Positions 18,860-27,917 of a stretch of DNA of 43,295 nucleotides are shown in pieces. The stretch spans positions 1-43,295 of the forward strand of contig CALDUO010000171.1 in assembly GCA_937923745.1 (NCBI GenBank). The letters are read 5' to 3'. Position 1 is the first letter of the stretch, and every line of letters starts with the position of its first letter. A model generated the notes under the pieces. It saw only the letters and a list, made by a program, of their open reading frames with translations, was not told where the DNA came from and made no database searches. Both the position numbers and the translations under genes were made by a program. The DNA comes from an uncultured Granulosicoccaceae bacterium (GTDB lineage Bacteria > Pseudomonadota > Gammaproteobacteria > Granulosicoccales > Granulosicoccaceae).

Positions 18860-19372
18860 TTATTCGGTGAACTGGGAAGATTGACCCACTGCCAGACGGA
18901 GCAAGTGGCCAATAGAAAACAACAGAATGAGCGCTCCGCCAATTGCCAGCGGAAGTGAACGAAGACCCTCCGGCACATGAATTAGCGGAATCATGGACCC
19001 CCATTTAAAAATGGTGAGCTGAGTGCCATACGCCAGCATGTAGTAACCAAATACGCCCAAAATAATATGGGAGAGTACAATCAAGCCGAACTTTATGCGT
19101 TTTGATACCGAATTGCGTAATAGCTCGACAGACAAATGCGTATTGTCATGTACGCCTACGGCTGCCCCCAAAAACGCGATTACCATGATAAGTAACAATG
19201 CAACCTGTTCAACCCACGTAGGCGTAGAGTTCAACACATAACGGCCGTAGACCAGCCAACCGAAAATACCGGTTAACACCACTAATGAGACGCCGGTGAT
19301 AACACGGCAAATATTCGCGATACCATTGAGTAACGCAAAATAATACGTCAGGGGACGAAATTCACGGGACAT
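18860..19372 (-). CDS. TRAP transporter small permease (DctQ family)
   Basis: About 170 aa with 4 predicted TM helices. Start set at the internal ATG (MSREFRPLTYY...). The ORF track's 19420 (GTG) start is possible but lacks an SD. Confidence 0.75.
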   Translation of the reverse strand: MSREFRPLTYYFALLNGIANICRVITGVSLVVLTGIFGWLVYGRYVLNSTPTWVEQVALLLIMVIAFLGAAVGVHDNTHLSVELLRNSVSKRIKFGLIVLSHIILGVFGYYMLAYGTQLTIFKWGSMIPLIHVPEGLRSLPLAIGGALILLFSIGHLLRLAVGQSSQFTE

Positions 19373-19451
19373 AAGAAAGAGCTTTCCAAACAAAAGCAGG
19401 TGCCGGGGAACCCCGAGCACCTGCGAGTTTATACCGCTTTTCTACAAGGCC

Positions 19452-20432
19452 TTAGTCGGTTGCCTGAATCAGCTCAACCAGTGGCTTGAGGTCTGCATTT
19501 GCAGCCAGGTAGTTTTCATAGACCGGAGCCATTGCAGCCTGAAACGGTCCTTTGTCAGCAATTTCGTTTACAACAACACCCGCTGCAACCACTTTCTCAC
19601 GGCTGGCTTCTTCTCGTGCTGCCCACAGCTCACGTTGCATTGCAGATGATTCTTGTGCTGCCTCGGTTACTGCCGCCTTATGCTCATCGGACAATCCTGC
19701 GAATGTGTCGGCGTTAATGCAGATGCACTCCGGAATAATCAAGTGTTGAGTCAATGAGTAATATCCGGCTACTTCAAAGTGGCCAGTCGCTTCATAAGAA
19801 GGCCAGTTGTTTTCAGCGCCATCTACAACACCGGTTTTCAGTGCCTGATACACTTCGGCAAATGCCATCGGCGAGGGATTACCGCCAAGCTCTGCGATCA
19901 TGCCTGAGTACAAGTCGTTATTCATAACGCGTACTTTCATGCCTTCTACATCGGCAGGCGTATTAACAGGCTTACCCGCGTTATAGAATGAACGCGCACC
20001 GGCGTCGTACCATGCCAGTGGCAACAAGCCTTTTGCAGCCATGCCGTCTGCAATCAATTTGCCTGCATCACCGTCCAGTACACGAAACATGTGTGCTACG
20101 TCTTTAAAGATAAACGGTAGCGAGACAACGTTGGCTTCAGCTGCGATAGGACCGATAGGACCAAGGTTGAAGTTACCGATTTGCAGCCCGCCGAGTCGAA
20201 CCTGCTCGATAGCGTCGGGCTGACTGCCTAGCGTGCCACCGTGGAACATTTTTAGTGTGATGTCGCCGCCAGTTTTTTCAGCAACCAATTCGCTGAACTT
20301 GTCCATTGCTACGGTGTTGGGGTACCCATCGCTGTGGATGTTCCAGCCACGCCATTCGTCAGCTTGCACTGTGTTCATGAGTGTCAGGCCAACAACAGAG
20401 CCTAACAATAGGGTTGAGAGCTTTTTGTACAT
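19452..20432 (-). CDS. TRAP transporter substrate-binding protein (DctP family), with signal peptide
   Basis: Start at ATG 20430-20432 (MYKKLSTLLLGSVVGLTLMNTVQA...) preceded by GGAGGA 7 nt upstream; the ORF-track upstream extension is implausible. DctP-type periplasmic binding fold. Confidence 0.85.
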   Translation of the reverse strand: MYKKLSTLLLGSVVGLTLMNTVQADEWRGWNIHSDGYPNTVAMDKFSELVAEKTGGDITLKMFHGGTLGSQPDAIEQVRLGGLQIGNFNLGPIGPIAAEANVVSLPFIFKDVAHMFRVLDGDAGKLIADGMAAKGLLPLAWYDAGARSFYNAGKPVNTPADVEGMKVRVMNNDLYSGMIAELGGNPSPMAFAEVYQALKTGVVDGAENNWPSYEATGHFEVAGYYSLTQHLIIPECICINADTFAGLSDEHKAAVTEAAQESSAMQRELWAAREEASREKVVAAGVVVNEIADKGPFQAAMAPVYENYLAANADLKPLVELIQATD

Positions 20433-20594
20433 GTGGAATCCTCCGGGTTGTGAACTTTGTGGTAATGCTTCGGGGTGCACCTTTTGGTTTTGTAGCCCCC
20501 GTGTTTTTTCTGTGTGCTTTCTGCGTGCCTTGAAGCCATGGTGCTTTATCACCAAACGCGGTTCGACAACGCTCTGGGCACCAACGCCTCTGTT

Positions 20595-20637
20595 TATTCT
20601 TGTACATGTCAGTGACTACATGTTGTATGCTAGAATA
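20595..20637. promoter_or_regulatory. nested inverted repeats TATTCT-TGTACATGT-cagtgac-TACATGT-tgtatgc-AGAATA; candidate GntR/FadR-type operator in dctP/gntR divergent region
   Basis: Seen directly; GntR-FCD regulators commonly bind GT/AC-cored palindromes in divergent promoter regions (established knowledge); assignment is inference. Confidence 0.35.
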
Positions 20638-20725
20638 CAGCAAACCGGGCCGTGATTGTCAACACTTTCAGGCTATTTTTATCCCAAGCCCTGAACCTGA
20701 TCGGCAATCCGGTTGCGCTGCTCGG

Positions 20726-20780
20726 TCAGACGCTAACGGACCAAGAGACGCTGAAAGAGACGCTGAACGGGACGCTGAAA
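20726..20780. repeat. 4-5 tandem degenerate 12-nt repeats (GAGACGCTGAAA-like)
   Basis: tcagacgctaac / gagacgctgaaa / gagacgctgaac / gggacgctgaaa read directly. Confidence 0.8.
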
Positions 20781-20877
20781 AATCAGCAGACGTCGATGAT
20801 GTGGCAGGCATAGTGATAGCATAGACGCACTTATGGCGGGTACTTCACACACCCCTAAACGAGTTTAGAGTCAAGGC

Positions 20878-21558
20878 ATGCAGGAACTATCTTTTAAATA
20901 CGAGCGGAAAACGTCCACCGACACCGTATTTGAAACGCTTTACCACGAAATCACATCGTTAAAACTACTGCCCGGTACAAAACTCCCCGAAACCGAGGTC
21001 GCCCGTCGTTTTGATGTATCACGTCAACCTGTTCGTGATGCCTTTGGCAGATTATCCAATCTTGAACTGGTCCAGGTACGGCCGCAAAAAGCGACAGAAG
21101 TCCGTGGCTTTTCGCTCGAACGAATCGCCCGCGCTCAATTCACGCGGCTGGCGGTTGAAATAGAAGTGATGCGAGAGGCTTGTGCGGTCTGGAACGATTC
21201 ACTGGCAGCGAAGCTTCAGCTCAATCTTGATCAACAGCAAACCGCTATCAACAACGATAACCAAAAAGACTTTCACACCCTCGACGGTCAATTTCATATG
21301 CTGCTCTGCGAGCTGGGTGGCTGCCCTGCGGCAATAGAGGTGGTGTCCCAGTGTCGGCAAAAAGTTGATCGTTTGTGTATGTTGAACATCGGGCCTGAAA
21401 AAGCCACAACGACACTACTGGAAGATCACCAAAAAATTGCCGATGCGCTCAAACGTCAATCAGTCGAGGACGCCACGGCAGTTGCGCGCGTACATCTGCA
21501 TCGGCTTGACGGCACCATTGCGCATGTTCACAAACACTACGCACAATACTTCGAGTAA
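20878..21558 (+). CDS. GntR family transcriptional regulator (FadR/FCD subfamily)
   Basis: 226 aa; N-terminal wHTH (LPETEVARRFDVSRQPVRDAFGRLSNLELVQV), C-terminal all-helical FCD-like domain. Confidence 0.85.
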   Translation: MQELSFKYERKTSTDTVFETLYHEITSLKLLPGTKLPETEVARRFDVSRQPVRDAFGRLSNLELVQVRPQKATEVRGFSLERIARAQFTRLAVEIEVMREACAVWNDSLAAKLQLNLDQQQTAINNDNQKDFHTLDGQFHMLLCELGGCPAAIEVVSQCRQKVDRLCMLNIGPEKATTTLLEDHQKIADALKRQSVEDATAVARVHLHRLDGTIAHVHKHYAQYFE

Positions 21559-21592
21559 CCCTCAGGCTTCAAACTACAAGTCACTACGAGTA

Positions 21593-21735
21593 ACCCCAAG
21601 CCCAAACACTGGCCCAAACACTGGCCCAGACGTTGGCCCAGATGCCAGTCTTGACACTAGCCCGGGCAGCAGCCCAGACCCAAACTCAGAACCCGGCTCA
21701 GAACCCGGCTCAGAACCTGACCCAAACCCAAGTCT
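21593..21735. repeat. degenerate 12-nt-period tandem repeat array (CCCAAACACTGG x2, CCCAGACGTTGG, CCCAGATGCCAG ... CTCAGAACCCGG x3) between convergent gntR and kinase genes
   Basis: Read directly; produces spurious Pro/Gly/Ser-rich ORFs on both strands (21437..21757+, 21574..21807-). Confidence 0.8.
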
Positions 21736-21749
21736 TAAGACCTGCAAGA

Positions 21750-21772
21750 CCGGCTGACGCTCGTTGAGACAA
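21750..21772. terminator. hairpin CTCGTTG-AGA-CAACGAG (7-bp stem) downstream of repeat array; candidate bidirectional terminator, no T-run
   Basis: Inverted repeat seen in sequence. Confidence 0.3.
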
Positions 21773-21808
21773 CGAGTCTGCTGACAAACGCGGGCACACA
21801 ATAGCAAC

Positions 21809-22816
21809 TCAGCTTAACGATCGGGCAAACGCCAGACACTCGTCAACACTCTCGACCGATCCCACCGTTGTTGGTGACCGAAGACTCGCAGCAGCAGCAG
21901 CATGTGCCAGTTCCAGTGACTGTTCCAGCGACCAATGCTCGTGAATGCCGTAGAGCATACCTGCGGTAAAAGCATCGCCGGCACCCACTGCGCTTTTAAC
22001 CAATTCTGGCGGCACATGGAACGCATTGGTGCGCAGTACTGTTTGATCACGGCTGATACAAACAGCACCGGTCGAGTAATGCACAATGACCTGTTGCATG
22101 GCACCCAAGCCCAACAAGGTTCGTGCAGCCTGCTCGCAAGCAGCCACATTCGTCACACCATCGACCAGCGTATCCATGCACACCAAACCACCCGCCTCGT
22201 GGTCATTGATGATCAGGGTGTCAAGATAAGGTAAACAAGGCAAACACAACTCACGATTACGGTACGGATCAATAGAGACCATCTCTATGTTCGTGTGCAA
22301 ACCGGCAGCCTGTGCTTTTTTAAGAACGGCAACCCATCCGTTAGCTTCATGTTGCCAACTGCTATCGAGGCACGCATGCACGCCCAGTAATCCGAGATGC
22401 AAAATGTTTGCTGTAGTGTTGTCGAAGTGAAAATGATCAGGCGTAAGATGATCGTTGGCGCCGGTATAATGAAAGAAGGTGCGTTTTCCGGTTGTTTTGG
22501 CCGACATCACGTCGGTAAAGGAGGTGCGCACCTCTGGCAGTGTTTGAAGCGCCGACGTATCTACCCCATGACGAGTTGCCTGATCAAACAAAAACTGACC
22601 ATCGGCATCGTCTCCGACAAGACCTATACCAAACACCGGCAGATCCGGTGCCATACGACGCAAATCTATACCGGTATTATAGGCAGAACCACCACCCTGT
22701 TGATCCAGCGCGACGATGTTGGCAAGCTCTTCTTCACCCGGCCAGACATCAACCACTTTAATTCTGTCGGCGGTCCAGCAACCACCGCAGATGACGCCTC
22801 GGCGCATTACATTCAA
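21809..22816 (-). CDS. PfkB family carbohydrate (ribokinase-like) kinase
   Basis: 335 aa; C-terminal anion-hole/ATP motif GAGDAF; PfkB fold features; 4-nt overlap with upstream Nudix gene. Confidence 0.8.
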   Translation of the reverse strand: MNVMRRGVICGGCWTADRIKVVDVWPGEEELANIVALDQQGGGSAYNTGIDLRRMAPDLPVFGIGLVGDDADGQFLFDQATRHGVDTSALQTLPEVRTSFTDVMSAKTTGKRTFFHYTGANDHLTPDHFHFDNTTANILHLGLLGVHACLDSSWQHEANGWVAVLKKAQAAGLHTNIEMVSIDPYRNRELCLPCLPYLDTLIINDHEAGGLVCMDTLVDGVTNVAACEQAARTLLGLGAMQQVIVHYSTGAVCISRDQTVLRTNAFHVPPELVKSAVGAGDAFTAGMLYGIHEHWSLEQSLELAHAAAAASLRSPTTVGSVESVDECLAFARSLS

Positions 22817-23394
22817 GTGGCGGTGTGCCGCACGATATCCACCGGCTGACCCGGACGACTGTGGATATCAGCAGTGTGCACCCGGCCTTCCCAGCCAGTT
22901 GATCGGGGATGATGATCGTAGTACCGCTGCAGACACTCGGTGACAGCAGGAAAGGCCAGTTCGTCCCACGGTATCTGCGCTTTTTCAAACAAGCCAACGT
23001 CAAGGCTCTCTTCACCGACATCGGCGAACCCGTCTTTTAACGTACCGTGAAACATAATATAGATTTGGCTGATACGCGGCAGGTTATACACAGCAAAGAG
23101 AGACAGGTCTTCTGCAGTTGCCATAGCCTCCTCACGCGCTTCACGTGCAGCACCGTCCTGAAGTGACTCGCCATTCTCCATAAACCCGGCTGGTAGTGTC
23201 CAATACCCGTAACGCGGTTCGATGCTTCGTTTACACAGCAGCACTTTACCCTCCCACTCCAGCAAACACCCGACAACATTCTTGGGATTATGATAGTGAA
23301 TAGTGTCGCAGCTATTACAAACATAGCGCAGGCGATTGTCACCTTCGGGTATGGTATGCGTCACCTCGCCGGCACACTCAGGGCAATATTTCAT
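22813..23394 (-). CDS. NUDIX hydrolase with N-terminal zinc-ribbon (CxxC...CxxC)
   Basis: 193 aa; CPECAGE...CNSCDT zinc ribbon; Nudix box GGFMENGESLQDGAAREAREEA; overlaps neighbours by 4 nt on both sides. Confidence 0.85.
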   Translation of the reverse strand: MKYCPECAGEVTHTIPEGDNRLRYVCNSCDTIHYHNPKNVVGCLLEWEGKVLLCKRSIEPRYGYWTLPAGFMENGESLQDGAAREAREEAMATAEDLSLFAVYNLPRISQIYIMFHGTLKDGFADVGEESLDVGLFEKAQIPWDELAFPAVTECLQRYYDHHPRSTGWEGRVHTADIHSRPGQPVDIVRHTAT

Positions 23395-23882
23395 GATTGA
23401 TCTCGAGGTTGCTGCCGAGCTGATACCGCGCGGTCGCGTTTACCGTCCGGTAGCTGTCGAATCACCTGCTCTGGCAATGGCATAGAGTGCTCACTGGTAT
23501 CGTCAACCCACACAATGCGCGCTGAACCTCGTGTGTATAGCTCTTGTGTGGCGTGATCAGTGATTCGATAAAACGTATTAAATGAACTGCGTCCCGGCGC
23601 ACCCCCAAACATCGACACATCAATAACCGACGGATAACGCACAGCTTTCAAAAACTCGGCATGTGCATCGACAATGACCATACCGTTTTTCGATGCGCCC
23701 AAAGCCCCGGACCCAAGACCGTCGTACCACGCCATTCGCGTAATTTCAAAATAACGAAAATACATCGCGTTATTCACATGACCCAGCGCATCCATATCAG
23801 ACCAACGAACAGTGATGGTTGTGGTCTCCAGGAGATTGCCAGGCGTGTCGCCGTTTTCGTTGATGTCTACAATATTGCTCAT
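23391..23882 (-). CDS. acyl-CoA thioesterase, hotdog fold (YbgC/4HBT-like)
   Basis: 163 aa; WSDMDALGHVNNAMYFRYFE motif typical of 4HBT-type thioesterases. Confidence 0.75.
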   Translation of the reverse strand: MSNIVDINENGDTPGNLLETTTITVRWSDMDALGHVNNAMYFRYFEITRMAWYDGLGSGALGASKNGMVIVDAHAEFLKAVRYPSVIDVSMFGGAPGRSSFNTFYRITDHATQELYTRGSARIVWVDDTSEHSMPLPEQVIRQLPDGKRDRAVSARQQPRDQS

Positions 23883-25042
23883 GATAATACCGCTGGCATG
23901 GTTCGTTCGAGTTTCATTTTCTCTTTGACGTGCTGACCGGTTAACACAAAACCCAGCAATAGCCCATCGGCTGATTCATACAGTGCCCGAACACCGTGAT
24001 CGTCAGACGTGGTGGTCCAGTCGCCCTGTGCGTCAGGCGGCGGACTAGCCACAACAATAGAATGCGCGGGTGTTTTAATGGCTACCGGCATTGCGGGCAA
24101 CACCACCGGTGTAGGCGAACCACTGAGAGTTTGAGCCAGCGCTTTGGACCCGTGCATGATAGGTAATACGTAGGGCAACAGCCTACCGCCTAATTCTATA
24201 CAGTCGCCCAGCGCATAGACATCAGGATGACTGGTACAAAGGTGCCGGTCAACCAGAATACCACGTCCGGTTTTAAGACCGGCACTCTGTGCCAATGCAA
24301 TATTGGGCCGCAACCCGGCCGCTGACAACACTTGACCGGCTTCGAGAGTGTGGCCATCTGCCAGCGTTAAGCGGTATCCGGTGTTCGTGCGCGTGATATG
24401 GTCGACAACCGTTTCCAAATGCCACGATACACCAAGCGATGACAGCGCGGTTTTGAGCGCAGCCGATGCCTCCGGCGGCAGCAGTCGTTCCAACGGTGCA
24501 CTGTCAGGGCCGATGACACTCACCTGAATACCGACATTGGCAAGATCGTTGGCAAACTCACAACCGATCAGACCCGGTCCCATAATAGCAACATGCCCAA
24601 CCCCGTCGAGCCGATCACGAAAGAGCGCGTAGTCATCGAGCGAATTAACAGAAAGGACATCGGCCGTGCCATCGCCGTCAATGGGCAGTGTGATCTGTGA
24701 GGCACCGTGACACAGCACGAGCGTATCAAAATACACCTTACGCTCGTGGATGATCAGGTATTTTTTATCGGTATTGATATCGGTGATATTACAACCGGTA
24801 ATCACGCTGGCATCCAGTGACGCTGCCATTTCATCTGCTGTACGGGTGGCAAGCTCGCTGGCTGTTTTGTCTTTGGCTAACGCATTCGACAGCATAGGCT
24901 TGGAATACCACGCGCCATCATCACGCGTGACCAATGCCAGTGACCGTGTCGTATCATGCTTTCGAAAATCACGGGCAAGCGTATAACCTGCGAGCCCGGT
25001 GCCAAGGATAATCAGGTTGTACTGGTCAGCTATCGCGGTCAT
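23879..25042 (-). CDS. FAD-dependent NAD(P)H oxidoreductase of the rubredoxin/flavorubredoxin reductase family (NorW/AlkT-like)
   Basis: 387 aa; two Rossmann dinucleotide folds (IILGTGLAGY; IMGPGLIGCEFA), LGDC motif. Collinear similarity recalled with E. coli NorW (LGDCIELGGRLLPYVLPI vs LGDCAEINGQVLPFLQPI). Confidence 0.7.
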   Translation of the reverse strand: MTAIADQYNLIILGTGLAGYTLARDFRKHDTTRSLALVTRDDGAWYSKPMLSNALAKDKTASELATRTADEMAASLDASVITGCNITDINTDKKYLIIHERKVYFDTLVLCHGASQITLPIDGDGTADVLSVNSLDDYALFRDRLDGVGHVAIMGPGLIGCEFANDLANVGIQVSVIGPDSAPLERLLPPEASAALKTALSSLGVSWHLETVVDHITRTNTGYRLTLADGHTLEAGQVLSAAGLRPNIALAQSAGLKTGRGILVDRHLCTSHPDVYALGDCIELGGRLLPYVLPIMHGSKALAQTLSGSPTPVVLPAMPVAIKTPAHSIVVASPPPDAQGDWTTTSDDHGVRALYESADGLLLGFVLTGQHVKEKMKLERTMPAVLS

Positions 25043-25063
25043 ACAAATGTGAATGTTTACAGA

Positions 25064-26998
25064 TTATTTTCGGTCACCACGTAGCGTCAGTACCCGTTGC
25101 TGTAAGTCGGCGGCAGTAACGTCTTCGGGCGCAATAGGATCACCCATCACCAACCCGATGCGGGCAAATAATTTCCGCGGCAGTTTAAAAAAAGCCGGAC
25201 CGCCCTTGCGGCTGAACATACTACCCCACAATCCCTGCAACGCCACGGGTATGACCGGTGCCGGCCTTGATTGTAACAAGCGTTCAAGCCCAGGTTTAAA
25301 TTCATTAAAATCACCAGTGGATGAAATTTGCCCCTCCGGGAAAATGCACAGTACATCACCGGCATCAACCGCCTCCTGCATCAGTTCGAAAGCACGGTGA
25401 AACATGGCCTCGTCTTCCTTACGACCGGCTATCGGAATAGCGCGCGCCGTACGAAACACAAAATTTAATACCGGTATTTGATAGATTTTATAATACATCA
25501 CGAAACGCACCGGACGCCGAACACACCCGCCAATGATCAGCGGATCAACAAAACTGATGTGATTACTGGCCAGAATGACAGCACCCTCTTCGGGTATTTT
25601 ATCAAGGCCGGTTTTCTCTACCCGGTAAATGGAATGTATCAGCAGCCAAGTGACAAATCTCATCAGAAATTCTGGCACTAGCGTAAATATATAGGCCGCC
25701 ACCAACGCATTAATAATGGCCGCCACCAAAAAGATTTGTGGAATGCTCAAACCCATACTGATCAGCGCCAGTGCCAACAACGCAGAAAGCACCATAAAGA
25801 ACGCATTCAGTATGTTGTTACAGGCAATGGCCCGGGAGAGGCGATCGGGTTTGCTGAGCTGCTGTATCAACGCGTACAACGGCACTATATAGAAACCGCC
25901 GAACATCCCAATCAGCAATACATCAAGGGCGATCCGCCAACCGCCAGTGCTTAGCAAAAACTCAAACGCACCAAGGTTGGTGCCAAGGGGGTTGTCGGGA
26001 GATGCCAGAAAAAGATCAAAACCAAACACGGTGATGCCGATGGCTCCAAACGGCACAAGACCAATCTCAACCCGATGATCCGAAAGTTTTTCGCACAACG
26101 CAGAGCCGACCCCAATGCCGACCGAGAATAACGCCAGCAATAATGTAAATACGCCAACGCCTCCGCCCAGTACGTCCCGGGCAAACACCGGAAACTGCGC
26201 CAGATACAAAGCACCCAACATCCAGAACCACGAAATGCCCAAAATGGACTGAAAGATCACGCGATGCTTTTTGGTATAGCGCACCAAGCGCCACGTTTCT
26301 CGAATGGGGTTGAAGTCTATTTGATGATCTGCAGCAGTAGGCGGTGCTGCCGGAATACGGCGACTGGCAACGTAACCTGCTACGGCTATCAGGATTACCG
26401 CAACTGCCGTTAACCATATACCGGTGGAGGCCCCCTCCGAGACACCCACGGAGATGAGTTGGGTACCGGCAATGGTGCCGAGCAATATCGCGAGAAACGT
26501 CCCCATCTCAACCATCGCGTTACCGCCAACCAGCTCAGCGTTTGAAAGATGCTGTGGCAAGATGCCATATTTTATGGGTCCAAAAAAAGCCGATTGCACA
26601 CCCATAAAAAACAATATAACGATCAGCAGCGGCACGCTGTTGAGTATAAACGCAGCTGCTGCCAGCACCATGATGCCAATCTCGGCCAGCTTGATGCGTT
26701 TTATCAAAAAGGATTTTTCGTATTTATCGGCAACTTGCCCACCGATGGCTGAAAACAGAAAAAATGGCAGGATAAAAACACCCGCAGCCACGTTGATTAA
26801 CAACGCACTGTTGTCGGTGGCGCCCGCTTCTCGTACTGCGATAAATGCCACCAGCGCAATCAGGGCGTTCTTGAAGACATTATCATTAAAAGCGCCCAGA
26901 AATTGGGTGATGAAGAAAGGCAGGAAACGCTGCTGGCGGAATAGCTGGAATTGCCCGCTGTGTGGTTTGGGCAAAGCGTCGGTAGAGTCCGTATCCAT
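25064..26998 (-). CDS. fusion protein: MFS transporter (LplT-like lysophospholipid transporter) + C-terminal PlsC-type acyltransferase domain
   Basis: About 644 aa from ATG 26998 (MDTDSTDALPK...); 12 TM MFS region followed by an acyltransferase domain with the HX4D motif (NHISFVD). The upstream TTG start at 27025 is possible. Confidence 0.75.
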   Translation of the reverse strand: MDTDSTDALPKPHSGQFQLFRQQRFLPFFITQFLGAFNDNVFKNALIALVAFIAVREAGATDNSALLINVAAGVFILPFFLFSAIGGQVADKYEKSFLIKRIKLAEIGIMVLAAAAFILNSVPLLIVILFFMGVQSAFFGPIKYGILPQHLSNAELVGGNAMVEMGTFLAILLGTIAGTQLISVGVSEGASTGIWLTAVAVILIAVAGYVASRRIPAAPPTAADHQIDFNPIRETWRLVRYTKKHRVIFQSILGISWFWMLGALYLAQFPVFARDVLGGGVGVFTLLLALFSVGIGVGSALCEKLSDHRVEIGLVPFGAIGITVFGFDLFLASPDNPLGTNLGAFEFLLSTGGWRIALDVLLIGMFGGFYIVPLYALIQQLSKPDRLSRAIACNNILNAFFMVLSALLALALISMGLSIPQIFLVAAIINALVAAYIFTLVPEFLMRFVTWLLIHSIYRVEKTGLDKIPEEGAVILASNHISFVDPLIIGGCVRRPVRFVMYYKIYQIPVLNFVFRTARAIPIAGRKEDEAMFHRAFELMQEAVDAGDVLCIFPEGQISSTGDFNEFKPGLERLLQSRPAPVIPVALQGLWGSMFSRKGGPAFFKLPRKLFARIGLVMGDPIAPEDVTAADLQQRVLTLRGDRK

Positions 26999-27231
26999 TA
27001 CTGTGATGTCCTGTGGCCAGAACAACAGTATAGCGTTGAAACAGGGTGCCGGGATACGGCACCCTACCGGATATTCATGGCCAAATAGTGTCGGCTGGCA
27101 TCAGTGTCATGCGACACGGCCTGCTAGCCTGCGGCGATGATGAGTTCACCGCGCGCCTTGTCACTGGTTTACCGGTAGTACAAACAGCCAAAGTTGACTG
27201 TCAGGGTGACAGAACTTGTGCGGTGTTCGTC

Positions 27232-27438
27232 TTAGCTGGCAAAAACCTCTGACGCCTGCCAGCCTTTTTCGCTGCGGGTAGCAATAAATTCAACCTGCTG
27301 ACCCTCAGACAACGAGCGATAGCCTTCACCCTCAATAACGCGGTAGTGAACGAATACATCCTCGCCTTCCGGGCTCACGATAAACCCGTAACCCTTTGCG
27401 TTATCGAACCACTTAACCGTACCGTTTTTTCTTTCAGA
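27232..27438 (-). CDS. cold-shock protein (CspA family)
   Basis: MSERKNGTVKWFDNAKGYGFI... RNP1/RNP2 motifs; start at internal ATG (ORF-track 27465 start gives 9 extra residues); long structured 5' leader upstream. Confidence 0.9.
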   Translation of the reverse strand, partial: SERKNGTVKWFDNAKGYGFIVSPEGEDVFVHYRVIEGEGYRSLSEGQQVEFIATRSEKGWQASEVFAS

Positions 27439-27917
27439 CATTGCCTTAATAACCTCTTTAAACATTTAAACTGCCAATCCAGCAGAAGCACAACAGTCAG
27501 CGAACCGGAGGGTAACCCCTCTTTGCGTCCGCCTATCAAAACCTTGCCAAACCGGCTAACAGTATTGCGTACAGGATTGCTGATTCAGTATTGTTAAATA
27601 CTTGTTTTATGCAGCCACCAAACAGCAATCGTGTCTGCAGTCATCCTGACCTGTACAGGAGCAACGGGTGTGCCCTGTTGATGAAACTCTAAGGGTTTCG
27701 AGGCGTTTTATCTGTAAACAACTGTGTCGTGTAGAGGTGTGTTTTGTAACATTTACTTGTCAAAGAGAAAAAGACTGTGTTCGAGCCTGCGTTGTTCGCG
27801 CAGGGCTCGTCTCCACAGGCGGAGCGCTCTTGTTGATCGCTTTGGCAGATCGTTCGATTGGGCGAGACTCAACGCTATGCGCAGTGTTGAGCTCTATCGA
27901 GCGGTGACGAAAGCCGC

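Noticed and set aside
19420-19420. Longer DctQ start (GTG at 19420) and longer DctP start (20555) from the ORF track
   Set aside because: Upstream extensions lack SD sequences and add non-conserved residues. Internal ATGs with SD (dctP: GGAGGA) or typical topology (dctQ) are preferred, with residual uncertainty for dctQ.
20600-20824. 74-aa ORF with RDAERDAERDAEK repeats
   Set aside because: Generated by the GAGACGCTGAAA array in the dctP/gntR divergent region. Not credible as a gene.
21437-21807. ORFs 21437..21757(+) and 21574..21807(-) encoding Pro/Gly/Ser/Glu-rich low-complexity peptides
   Set aside because: Both arise from the 12-nt tandem array read in two orientations. They have no RBS and overlap each other, so they are artefacts of repeat periodicity being a multiple of 3.
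27199-27213. Small hairpin CTGTCA-GGG-TGACAG downstream of csp as terminator
   Set aside because: Only a 6-bp stem and a weak T-tract on the minus strand. Not reported as a feature.
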